Below, piece after piece: positions 38,859 through 51,200 of a DNA stretch of 64,000 bases. The number at the start of each line of letters is the position of its first letter. Within the stretch, counting starts at the first letter, position 1. Position numbers and translations under genes: made by a program. Origin of the DNA: Lama glama (taxonomy: Eukaryota); the NCBI GenBank assembly GCA_028534125.1, contig CM052816.1:74774001-74838000 (forward strand), written 5' to 3'. The notes beneath the pieces are model-generated. The model worked only from the letters and a program-made list of their open reading frames with translations, was not told where the DNA came from and did not search any database.

Positions 38859-38993
38859 ATATATATGCAGATTAATGGAAAAAGCAAATAAAAAAGTAAA
38901 TATAGAAATATCAGCTGTTTATATATATGCATATATATGCAGATTAATGGAAAAAGAAAATAAAAAAGTAAATATAGAAATACCAGCTGTTTA
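38859..38993. repeat. 63 bp near-tandem duplication
   Basis: 38859-38921 versus 38931-38993, two mismatches. Confidence 0.95.
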
Positions 38994-41106
38994 AAGAATG
39001 GAATCTCTATACTCCTTTTCCTCCTTCTCAATGTTACTATTTTCAAAACATAAGGTTTCTTAGGAATGTTAACTATCATATAACATAGTATAACAGTCTA
39101 CATTAAAATACTAATTTGATGGAAATTCAAAGCTACACAGTTTTTAGGCAAATATCTACAAACTTTCATTCATGTATTCCAGAAGCTAAATTAGAGGAGA
39201 GTCCAGTAAAAACAGCATTGCCTGTTGCACTTGCTCAGTACCTAAATCTTTTTTGACTCATCCTCTCAAACTATATCCAAGTGAACCCTCAAGTACTTTG
39301 GGTTCTTTTTTCTATAATGTTTCTCTTATGTGTATTACTTCTCTTTGACCTTCACCTCACACCGATAAAGATACAATCTCTACCTAAAGACTCTCCAATA
39401 TACATTGTCCTGAAAGATTAACCTTTGGACTCCCTTACTTATGTTTCATTTGCAACCTAAATGTGTCTCAAGTACAGCTAATAGGCTTTATTTTACATCC
39501 CAATACAAACTGTTCACATCTATGCAATATTTTCTAGTTAGTTTGGAATATCCTATGTTTTTACATTGTTTTCCTTTCTGTTTCTATTTCATACACTACA
39601 CTGTGCATGCCAAAACCTGCCCCTGGAATATTCAGAGGTTTTATTGTGCATTTAGTCAGCTATGAGGGAGAGACCTTGAGAATTCTGGGCACCAGGGGAC
39701 CACAAGTAGCTGGCAAATGTCTTCTTTGGTAGTCTTGGTTTGGAAACAGTTCACAGGCTGTTTCCTGTGAGCTGGGCAGAGATTTCTCTTTGAAAATCTC
39801 CCTCCTAGTCAGCTGCTTGTTTTCTGGCCTCTGTGCAGATTGGAGCATGATCCTTCAGAAGAAGGCAATAGAAGTTTGCTTGGAAAACTTGGGAAACATT
39901 TGTTAAAGGAGAGAATGGTTGTGATTTTGTGAATTCAGATCCCAAGACCAACCAACTTCCATTTTTTCTTTCAAGCATATGGGATGAATAAAGAGACAAA
40001 TAAGTTTAGCGATTTAGCTAACTTTGTCATCTTCTTTCCCTCAAAAAATTCATTTTCAAAAGGAAAGAAAAAAAGCCTTTGTTTATTTAAGCCATGGTGG
40101 TTTGACAGCATAGTTGGAACAGCTGGTGACCTAGCTAAATCCTTCAGAAGGCTTGGCCAGATGGAGAAGCAAATACATATGATGACAAGATACTGATATT
40201 TCATAGAGCATCCTGGAGCTGGTCATTAGATCTACAGTATAAAGAATTTGGTCAAATGCCAGGCTATAAACTCTTCTCCCTAATTGGAGAGCACACATAC
40301 TCTAAAGGCCTAAGAGAGTATCAGGAAACCATTGATCATTCAGGCTCTACCAAGAAACATTTATTTGTCCCTTCTTCCCATAGCAACATAAAAATGATGG
40401 CCTAAGGAAGATAGAATACAAAGATGTTGGTGGGTGACCTCCTGTATATAGGAGATGCTTCAGGGAGGTTGCAGACTGGGCCTTATGATGTATGTCACTT
40501 CTCCCTCCCTACATGATCACAGCCAGAGCCCAAACAACAAAGTTGGATCCCTCCTTGTTTCAGGGCAGACAGAGGTCAATATGACTCAGGATAGAAAGTT
40601 GCCAAAGGGAAAGTGAAAACAGACGTAACTGAAAGAATTGCAAGAGCTGACAGAAATCATATTTGGGCTCATGTGGGTGACAGAGTGACCACAGAATGTA
40701 TAAAGTTCACCACTTTCTCACTGGTAGTTTAGATGCAATTCAGAGCAAAATGTCAGTCCAGGGAAAATGACATGACTTGGACCTCCAATCATTTGCCTTC
40801 CACAAAAATAGAATGTTCTGCAAACTCTGCATTTTCTTCGCTATTATACTTAGTGCCTCTAGAAAGGAATGTCAGTGAGCATATTGTTAGGGAATGTTGT
40901 TAGCAGAAAACAGTCAGAAATCTGGAGTAAGTGTCTTTTTTTTTTGTACTGTTTAAAGGCTCTACTATAGACTAAGCGCTACAAAACTGGTAGTATCTAT
41001 GGAACACATTAAAGATGAGTTATGTACACAACCCAACTGAGAAAACCCCAAAATTAATTGATCAAATATAGGTGGTTCCATTATTGAATATAGATGGTTT
41101 TATTAT

Positions 41107-41178
41107 TGGAGATATATATGTGTATATATATGTGTATACACATGGAGATATATATGTGAATATATATGTGTATACACA
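41107..41178. repeat. 36 bp tandem duplication
   Basis: TGGAGATATATATGTG(T/A)ATATATATGTGTATACACA twice. Confidence 0.93.
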
Positions 41179-41189
41179 TATATATTCCT

Positions 41190-41420
41190 TATGCTAATGC
41201 CAATACCACAGTCTTGATTACTATAGCTTTATAATAAATTCTCTTCTTCCTTTACTCAGAAGTATTTTGGCTCTTTTACCGCTTTTGCATTTCCATATAA
41301 ATTTTAGAGTCTGCTCGTCAATATTTACAAAACAGGCTTCTGGAATTTTGATTGGGATAGCATTGAAATTGTAATGTAAATGACAGTTTAACAATATGGG
41401 GTCATCTGATGCAAGAACAT
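41190..41420 (-). mobile_element. Old L1 ORF2 fragment
   Basis: Minus-strand ORF contains YNFNAIPIKIPEACFVNIDEQTLKFIWKCK. Confidence 0.85.
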
Positions 41421-41429
41421 TGTACATTC

Positions 41430-42680
41430 CTACAACTCTGAGTTAAAGAGACCAAGTTTAGAGTTCAAAGAGCCTGAGGCAGCTGGAATTGGTGGATCAG
41501 AGCAAATGAGAGAAGAGACTATACAAAAAAAGCACTCTGGAAAGCTTCATAGGACTTTCCTTTAATCTATTGGCAGATACTAAGGTGTGCATATATAGGG
41601 TGACACTCCATGCAACGAGGCAAAGAACCAGGGATCTATACACTGAACAATTTCCAGAACTTATACCAGGTTGGAAGATATCTGACTTCTGCATAGCTAG
41701 AGTGGGAAGACCTCACTGAAGACTTGTGACACTCAGTAGTGACCCCAGTAGACATGTACCATAGTAGTAAAACTAATTTAGACATAACCTTAAAAGGCTT
41801 AAGGCTGGCTTAAAAATGTCAGATCACTTCACAAGTGACTTTAATGCATACCCTGAAAACATTAATACTCTTTAGATAAGGATAATAAAATCCAGATCCT
41901 CCACAATACAGCACATTACAATGTACATCATCCAATATAAAATAATTAGGCATGTAAAGAAGCAGGAAAATATGACCCACAAGAAGGAGAAAATTATACA
42001 ATAGAAACAAGCCCAGAAATCACTGAGATAATGTCATCATCAGACAAGAACTTGAAAACATTGATTAAAAATATGCTCAAAGATTTAAAGAAAAACGTAA
42101 GTATATGTGGAGAGTAAAAGGAAAATACAAAAGAGAAAACAAATGGAACTAGAATTATTTTTTAAATTATTGTAAAAGAATACAATGTCTAAAATAAAAA
42201 ATAGCTTATACCTCACTGAGGGAAATATCAATAAACTTGAAGGCATCACAGTAAAAACTCTCCAAACTGAAGCAGAGACCAAAAAAGACAGAAAAAAATT
42301 TAACAAACCCTCAGTGACCTATGGCACAATATTGTATGCAAAACATATTGTATACAAAAACATATATGTATTTTGAGTCCCAGAAAAAAAGGACGGCACT
42401 AAAGATATTTTAAAAAATGCTTTCTGAAATATTTCCAAGTTTAATGAAAACTATGAACCAAGATCCAAAAATAACAATCAAAAGCAAAAAGTGGAATAAA
42501 CACAAGGGAAGTCACATCAAAGTACACAATAGTCAAACTGAGGAAAACCAGTTATAAAGAGAAACATTCTTAAAGCCATCAAAGAAAAATAGAGATGTTA
42601 AATACTGGGAGAAAAATTAAGAGTAATCATAGACTTCCTGTTAGAAACACCACAAGCCAGAAGACAATGTAACATCTTTA
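41430..42680 (+). mobile_element. Old L1M 5'/ORF1-region remnant
   Basis: GAAGCAGGAAAATATGACCCA; GAGTCCCAGAA; AGACTTCCTGTTAGAAACACCACAAGCCAGAAGACAATG. Confidence 0.75.
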
Positions 42681-43753
42681 TTGAGGTCAGTTTCAAAACA
42701 AATAGAAAAAAAACTGGTTATAGGAAAGACCACTAGCTTTCTCATAATGACTATTAATCTTTGAATAGTTTCCTTGGAGTCATGGAAAAATAAATGCACA
42801 GCAATTCACCACTCACCTCAGTCAATGAGCTTCTCTACTTAACCTCTCTACTGCCTATGGTAACCTCATCATGGTTCTCTAAGCTTTATATTTTGGGTTG
42901 TCTTTTCTGTTTGGGTTTTTAAATCTTGCACAGTCAAACAAATCTTGGTGGTTCTCCTTTCGTGATAATTCCTTACATTTAATTCTTGTAGCTACCATTC
43001 AAGCCAAGGGCTTCCGTATAATTTCCCCAAGTCTTTGTAACTAACAAATGGACTCTTAGCTTCTAGTTTCTCCAAACTGTTTTGCCCACAACCATCTTAC
43101 CTTTAAAAAAAATTGCCATATATAAAAATGTAGAATATAAGAATTAGGAAAGCAAACTTTTCTTTTCACCTATTTTATTCTGAGTACAAAGAGATTCAGA
43201 AGTTTCAGGATCTTGGTCAGGTCTTGATAAGCCTGTTTCCTCATTTGTAAAATGCTGTTAATTATAGTATCAACCATATTTAGGTTGCAGTAAAGAATAA
43301 TAAATCATGTGTTCAACAAACTTACCACAGCATTTAGTGCAAAGTAAGTGCTCAATAAATATTAACTTTTATTATTATCATTTGGTTCTAGTAGTTTCTA
43401 TGTCAGTTTGCCAGGTCATGGGAGCAAAGAACCTGGGAATTATCACAGTCCAGGTTACAGAGGCAGACCTCCAGTCTTTTCCTCTAAGCAGAAAAGTTAT
43501 CAAATCCTGCCAATTTTATCTTCTTAGCTACCTGGATGTGTGGCACATACATTCATGATCAATACCCTCATTTAACCTTCCTTTACCATCCACTGTCTCA
43601 GCCTAGGCCTTGAAGTATGTTTTTTACTTTATCTAAATTTGTACCACAAACTGTTGCTATTTTTTTCCATATACTGTTGGTTTATTCCCTGCAACCAGCC
43701 TCTCTTCCCATGTTTTAATAGATCTACTCATTCATTAACAAATACATAATGAA

Positions 43754-44279
43754 TGTATTAGTCAAGTTTCCCTAGAGAAACTGAACCAGTAGAATATAAC
43801 ATAGATATATAAATATATAGAAAGAAATTTATTATGAGCCATTGGCTCTTGCTGTTACAGACGCTGAGAAGTCTCATGATCTGCCATCTGCAAGCTAGAG
43901 GACAAGGAAAGTTGACAGTGTAGCTTGAGTCCAAATTCTTAGGCCTGAGCACTAGGGGAGCCAGTAGCATAAGTCCCAGTCTGAGTCTGAAGTCCCAAAA
44001 TCTAGGGGTATTGATGTCTAAGGGCAGGAGAAGATGTATTTTTATTTCCCAGCTCAAGCGAAAAGAGCAAATCTGTCCTTCCTCCACCTCTATTTTCTAT
44101 TCAGGCTCCCACCAGATTGGATGATGCCCACCTGCATCTGTAAGGGTGATCTCTTCTTAGTTTATTGATTCAAGTGCTAATCTCTTCTGGAGACACCGTC
44201 ACGGACATATTCAGAAATATTTTACCTATCTTGGCATCCCTGATCCCAGTCCAATTGACACATAAAATTAACCATCACA
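43754..44279 (-). mobile_element. MLT2-like (ERVL) solo LTR inserted in an L2 remnant
   Basis: TGTATTAGTC...GATCTGCCATCTGCAAGCT...TTGACACATAAAATTAACCATCACA. Confidence 0.9.
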
Positions 44280-44674
44280 AATGTCTTCCATGAACCAACA
44301 CTGTTCCAGGCATTGTGACAGAGCAATGAAGGAAACAAAGTCCTTGCCATTCTGGTACACAGCTCCCATAGGCCTACTCCTAACAGTGGTTAAGACTGGG
44401 GTAAGAATGAAATAATCAGTACAATTATGCATACTATAACAGCAACATTATTGACAGGGATTTTAACCATCAGATGTTAAAGAAACTAAAATTAAATGAC
44501 TGTGGGTTTTTGTGTCCTCATATATCATGAAATATCTCTTCCTTTTCTTGGTTTCCATTATGTATCTTTCAAAAGAAGTGCTGTATTTTGATTTCAGCCA
44601 ATTATTTTTCACACAATAGTAAAATGACATGCCATAACATTCATTATAAATTATAATAAAATTTAATTTTCACA

Positions 44675-44778
44675 GGTAGGGTGTGTACTTTGCATGCACC
44701 AGGTCCTGGGTTCAATCCCCAGTATCTCCATTAAAATAAATAAACAAATAAACCTAATTATCTCCCCCTCCAAAAAAC
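44675..44778 (+). mobile_element. tRNA-derived SINE, Vic-1-like (camelid), 5' truncated
   Basis: GCATGCACCAGGTCCTGGGTTCAATCCCCAGTATCTCC (B box GGTTCAATCCC) followed by AATAAACCTAATTATCTCCCCC. Confidence 0.85.
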
Positions 44779-45990
44779 ATTAAAATATCAAACTTGCATA
44801 TACCATATGTTTAAATATTTAAAAGTTGTAAATCAAGTGAACAAACTGCTAAATAAAATTAAACTGTTCTTCTTTCTTACCTTCATGACAGTCTGGAGGG
44901 TCAGGTTCAACCTCCTAATATTTTCTCCTTGGCATTCAGTGCCTGAATCAAGAGCTGTCCATATTCTATTCCCCTGACTACTGGCTTTCCCTCTTCCTCT
45001 TAACATCCCATCTCTTTTGCACTGTGACAGGCTTCACGCACACATGTATAGACACTCCAGTCTGCATATCTAAGCTCTATGCACACCCAGCCAACAACCA
45101 CCACTTAGCCACTCTTTGGACTGAAGCATGTACACACCAGGGATGTAGTCTCCCCTTGGGAGACTTGTTGAAGAGATGTGCACAGGCCCTGATGAAACTG
45201 ATGCTTTAGGGAAGAGAATTCCAGGCTTCCAGACACTCAGTGAATGGTCTAGATTAAGGGAGGTAGAGGTGGGTGTACCCCCTTGACCCTGCAGACCACA
45301 AGCCCATGGAGAGGGCAATAGCTGGGAGAAAACTAGCAAGGGCTTCTAAAGTTCAAGGCCCAGGGTCTATGGGCAATGTTGTCTTCTAGCACTGACTGCC
45401 TCTTAAATTTTAAAAACTTGTGTTCTTCAGCATTATGTCTTTAAGAACTGGTTAACTTCTTCAGAGCTACTAATTTGAGATAGATTTAGAAATTACTTCT
45501 CTTAGAAATGAACTAAAGGTAAAAAAGCAAAGAGGGAGAAAAAGAAGAGGGTAAAAATCGATGGGACTTTCAGACAAAGTGGTGAAAATATTTGAAATTG
45601 CAATGATTGACAATTTCTCTGAGTTTAGTAGTAGGGTAGTATAATTAACTACTTCATAAACTCATAAGATTATCTCGGTCAGTACCAAAATTTTACATTT
45701 TTCCTTTAGATTGTCCTTCATTTTTCAAGATCTTTTGCTTCATATGGGCCCAAATTCCTGTTTTCATATATTTGTGCACATCTTTAAATGTCTAAATATT
45801 TTCTCCAAATTGGGTCTGTTTCTATTACTACTGAAAGTGCTGAATTTTACTAATTATATTCTGTTTAGTTTTATTACCTCCATTATATAGAAATAACATT
45901 GTACTCAGGAGGAGAGAGCTCAATCGATCTGTACTAATGTAATTGAGCTTTCATACACACATATACATACACACTATTGGTTAAAAACCA

Positions 45991-46744
45991 ATGCTTTGGG
46001 TAATATGGCCATTTTAACAATATTAATTCTTCCAATCCAAGAGCATGGGATATTTTTATATTTCTTTAAATCATACTTAATTTCCTTAATCAATGTTTTG
46101 TAGTTCTCCATATATGTCTTTCACTTCCTTGATCAGATTTAGGGAACTCTAAGTCGAAAAGATACATGTATCCCAGTGTTCACAGAAGCACTATATACAA
46201 TAGCCAAGACATGAAAACAACCTAAATGTCCATGGACAGATGACTAGATAAAGAAGTTGTGATATATTTATACAATGGAATACTATTCAATCATAAAACA
46301 AAAATAAAATAATGCCATTTTTAGCAAAATAGATGGACCTGGAGACTATCATTCTAAGTGAAGTAAGCCAGAAAGAGAAAGAAAAATACCACATATCACT
46401 CATAGGTGGAATCGAAAAAAAAAAAAAAGACACAAATTAACTTATTTACAAAACAGAAACAGATTCACAGACATAGAAAACAAACTTATGGTTACCAGGG
46501 GGAAAGAGGGTGGGAAGGGATAAATTGGGAGTTTGAGATTTGCAGATACTAACTACTATATATAAAATAGATAAACAACAAGTTTCTTCTGTATAGCACA
46601 GGGAACTATATTCAATATCTTGTAGCAACCTATAATGAAAAAGAATATGAAAATGAATATATCTATGTAGATGTATGACTGAAACTTTATGCTGTATATC
46701 AGAAATTGACACAACATTGTAAACTGACTATACTTCAAAAAAAA
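45991..46744 (+). mobile_element. Young L1 with inverted 5' segment
   Basis: 45991-46140 is antisense ORF2 (matches 34012-34161); 46141-46744 is sense (matches 35254 to the end). Confidence 0.92.
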
Positions 46745-48687
46745 TTGTGGGATTGAGTTAAAAAGACTAAAACCTAAGGGAAAAAATTATTTCAAAGAAA
46801 TGTAAAACGTTTTTTTCTTCTCCTTTAGTTAGATAGGACTGTGCTATTCACACAGAGAGACTGCTTTTCACTTTTAAACTAGAGTGACAATTTGCACTTA
46901 ATCATATGCTAAGTAGTACATCAGGATAGATTGTGTATCTAGTATTTTAAAATTCTGTTCTTTCCTCAAATAGTTAATGCTCTAAAAGTTAATGGAGGGA
47001 TAAAGAGCACAAACAAACATGGACAGGCATGGATTCAAACTCAGCAGAAAATATTCTTAGTATAGTTTCCTTTTCTATTCTCTTCCTGATTGTGTACAAA
47101 TAGATTTTTGGCATGTAAAATCATGCCATTGTTTAAATTGGCAGTTTGAGGAATTGGCTCATTCTGACTCCACCTCTTTTAGGGCTAGCGACCACAGTCC
47201 CGTCTTGGGTGGCCTTGCCATCAGGAAAGTGTCCCAAACAGACAGGAAACCAGAGCCTGCACTCTGAACTACAGCACAGGAACTTTCCAGAGGCAGCTTT
47301 GAGATAAATCCATCTCTGACAGCTGGTAAACCAGTTAATTCAGACCGACATGAATTAACTAGAGTCCAGTGGATTGCAGGCTCCATAGTGGAGAGAAAAA
47401 GAAAGAAAATTTGTCCATAAAGCATGGATATTTAACATTCTTGCTAACAATCTCTTAAAAGTTATAGTTGGAATGGTGATGAAATTTGCAAAAAAACATA
47501 GAAGGTGAAGTTTCTCTCCTGGTGGGTGAGAAACAATGGGAAGAAAATTATCCAAGGTAGAATGATGTGGCATGTAGCCCTCACTCTTTCCTCCTTATGC
47601 ATGAGAAAGGGGACTGCCTTCTAATGCCTTATGAGAAGTTCTGATAAGAGGGAAAAAAATTCTAAGATATAATAGTGGCCCCTCCCAGGCATAAACTGAT
47701 CATGGAATGATTTACATTGATCTCCTCAAATATAACAAGCCCAGAAATAGTGAGAACACTGTTCTCCATATTCTTGCCTCTTTACATTGGTCTGAACTAA
47801 ACCTCTAACTGGACGAAGGGCTAGTATGCATTTTTCAGCTCATGCCTATAATAAAACCTTGATATATTTTTGTTGGCAGACCTCTAGAAGGAAGCACAAG
47901 CCTTGTGCCTGATGGTCTGAATGTGGGCCTCCAGAAGGAAGAGAATGACTAAAAGAAAAGTTAGAGGTTGAAGGATTACATGACCTAGAAGGGAGATTTC
48001 TCTTCTGGATAACTATCAGGTAATTACATCTGTGAGGACTTACAATCAGAAACTGGAAAACAGTTTACTTTATTTCAAAGAATGAGATTTCAGACAAAGA
48101 AAAACCATTCCAGGAGAAATTCTGGGTGGTATATTGGAGAAGAATATATGCAGAGTTCTGTGCAATTAAAAAGATAACTTCCTTCCTGATTGTTTGAAAT
48201 TTCAACAGTTTTAGAAAGAGAAATTTAAAATATTCTGCTACTTACACTAAAGTTCTGATATAAGAATGTAGATACTCCAATGTAAATGTCATGGGTTGGG
48301 ATAAATAAGACAGTTATCAGATTATTTCTGTACTCTCTGCAGTAGATCATATAACTTGATACTCAGTGTTGACTATGAGGTTCATTTTGTCCTTTTTAGT
48401 ATGACATAGACAGAAAGATGATGTGTATGTAAGTTGACAACTAAGGGGAGAGATACATAGTGAAACAAACACATGCAGAAATCTATAGGTGCCAGTGGGC
48501 AAGTTGCTGGCAAAAGCCATTGCTGATATAAGAAGCCGGGCTAGTGGATCTTTTTCCTCAAAAATGTTTTCACTGTGTGTCTCTAGTCAGTGTTGAAAGT
48601 TTTACATTCTACTATATGTGTGCTTTTTAAAATTTGGTTTTGGTTTGGCTTACCTCTAAATAAAATTTCATTTCCTTTCATTCTTAC

Positions 48688-49567
48688 CTTGAAGTTAGAC
48701 TTTCAAAATAAAAATACCCTCCTCTGTTTTATCTGCTGAAACATCTTGAGATATAGGAAAGAAAAGATGTTTTATTTTTCTTGAAACTTGCCTTATTAAC
48801 TTGCAATGCAAATTTCATAATTGTTTATAGTTAATTAACTTCTGTATCATCATTACCAAATTACATGGCTAGAATCTATTGGACACTTGTTTATATGATT
48901 TGACCTCCTGCATTAAAATGGCTGGTCTAGCAATGGTCTGGAATTTATCTAGATGGCTGAGACATGCATAATGCTTTCAGTTGTCCCTGAAACAGTTGTG
49001 CCACTGAAATATTGGCCCTTTTTGATAAACAGAAGAAATATTTCACCAATAAACTTGAACTCACCAACACATGATATCAGTCTATTATTACACAAGTCGG
49101 ATGAACCTGAGTCTCACAGGGATAGGAAGAACAGAAAGAAATAAAAATGCAATTTGTAATTCCATGTAACCTATCATATTTTAAAGGAATATATTCTTTG
49201 TGAATATGAAAAAAGAAACATACAGTCTAATGCAGCTTTATATTCTTCAAATGAGTATCTAGTGCTGAAATCCTAAAAATGTTTGAATAATGTTGCCATA
49301 TTCAAAATAAGGCTTGTGCTAGAATAACCAGGGAGGAAGAAAGTTGTTGCAAAAAACATGACACTGAATTCTGCTGTCACTAACGGTATGCTCCATAGAG
49401 ACTAAGTGATATATGTAAAAGTGTATGGCACCAATCAAGTACACTGTAAATGTGCGATATTGTTACAAAGGAAATAAAATACAGTATGTGAATTCTGCCT
49501 AGTAGGAGACTCAAATCAAAAGGATTTTCAACGTAGAATGGCCCATGCTGCATTAATGCTCTGTCAT
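48688..49567 (-). pseudogene. Candidate exons 49567-49499, 49106-49065, 48744-48688 (unidentified, possibly decayed)
   Basis: Strong pyrimidine tracts; donors GCAGAA, GTGAGT, GTAAGA; lengths 69/42/57 nt, all phase 1-1; one TAA in the last exon. Confidence 0.3.
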
Positions 49568-50440
49568 CTAAAAGAAAAAAAAAAAAGCCAAACACTAGAG
49601 AATTCAGTAGTATAAAAAAGACCAGAATAAAACTATTTTTATTGGAAAGGCTATTTCCTAGTGTAAAGGCATTTCATTACATGACTATTCTTTGAATCAG
49701 TACTGTTGTATAAAATTGTTTGACAGAACAGTAGGTGTTCAGGGAAATGAAGAGAAAAACTATTGCTCTAACTAGAAAAGGAACGAAACTGTGGTTTAAG
49801 TTTCAGTTTTGAAGAATATGTCAAACCTTCCATGGATATATAGATTTTGTTTTTACTCTGCCTCAAAACAATTAATTATAACTTGAGTAAAATATAAGCT
49901 GTTCAACTATTTAAAACGTCAATGACTTTCAGACACATTAATTGTTATAAAGAGTTGAAACTGGAAGATCTAGGAATGTCTGTAAGAGTTTTTTTGACAC
50001 TTTGACAAGTTGGAAATGGGTTTTAATCCCAAATTTGTAGTTTACTCCCTGCAAAACCATCAGGTATTCATAGCTCTGAGCCTAAATGACCTAAGATGGG
50101 AGAGCCAATGATCTACTCCTCTGTTTTGCTGTTAAAAGAATTAGCTTCCTTGCATAGTTCCATCTGGACCCTGATCCCTTTAAAAACAAGTAAACCCAAT
50201 CTTTATGGTCCTCCCTTTCCCCCTGGTTAAACTATTCCTACTGTGCTCCGTTTTGAAGAGCTTTGGAGTTCAAAGGCGTACGCTGGCATTGTCCCCTGCT
50301 TGCAGAGGCCCAATAGACTCTAAACCCTTTCAACAATTAACCACTTATTTCCTATCTGCCCCCTCCATGCAATATTTTATTGCTTCTACAGAGTTGCCAC
50401 CTACATGAGTAATCTGGATGAACTGAAAAAAATGGAAGTG

Positions 50441-50660
50441 TTATATAATTGAAATTTGCTAAAGAGAGTAGAACTTAAATTTTCTCACACACACACACAC
50501 AAGAGAAAGAAAGAAAGAAAAAATATGTGAGGGGTTGGACGTGTTAATTAACTAGATGATGGGAATCCCTTCACACAAGGTATACAAATAGCAAGTCATC
50601 AGAACGCATGCTTTAAATATCTTGCGGTTTTGTCAATTATACCTCAATGAAGCTGAAAAA
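50441..50660 (+). mobile_element. L1MA9-like 3' end
   Basis: TGAAATTTGCTAAAGAGAGTAGAACTTAAA...TGTCAATTATACCTCAATGAAGCTG. Confidence 0.88.
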
Positions 50661-50964
50661 TAAGTCAGTTGATCAAATGGCCTAAAACCCTCTCATCTAC
50701 TGAGGAGACCTCTTCAGGATCCTGTGGAACCCCTTAGAGGACAATTTGAGAGTAGTTCCTGACTTAAAAATGTAATCTGAATGTTAATCTGAAAAAAATG
50801 TGTAAGAAATAAATGACTAAAAAAAAATGGAAGTGAGAATAAAAGAAATTATAAGAAGAAAAAGTTAAAATACGGCAGACAGTTTTCTTCTTTTAAATCT
50901 TTCTCCTCCTCTTATTTCCTCCTTCCAGTGAGTATTCCTCTGAGAGTAGCCTTCTCCTGCCCGT

Positions 50965-51200
50965 CATGTGTACTGGACATTTGTTGTGCTTTGGCAGCCC
51001 GGGAGCTAACCCCTTTCTGGTGTTTGATGTCCTTCATTCTACGCCACAGTGAGAGACACAGATCTAGCCTCAAAGCCAAACAAGTCAGATGCTCGCTTCC
51101 CAAGCTTCCTGTAGCTGGAGTACAGTCCTGGCAACATCCATATAGGTCTCTCCAACTCAGAATAAGATGTAGGATGCTCATGACCCAGGGAAGTAGGCAT
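50965..51200 (+). mobile_element. LTR33/LTR16-group ERVL LTR remnant
   Basis: CTCGCTTCCCAAGCTTCCTGTAGCTGG resembles the LTR33 TTCCCAGCCTCCCTTGCAGCTAGG motif. Confidence 0.45.

Noticed and set aside
38531..39079. 182 aa minus-strand ORF with a repeated peptide
   Set aside because: Built from an L2 remnant and the 63 bp duplication.
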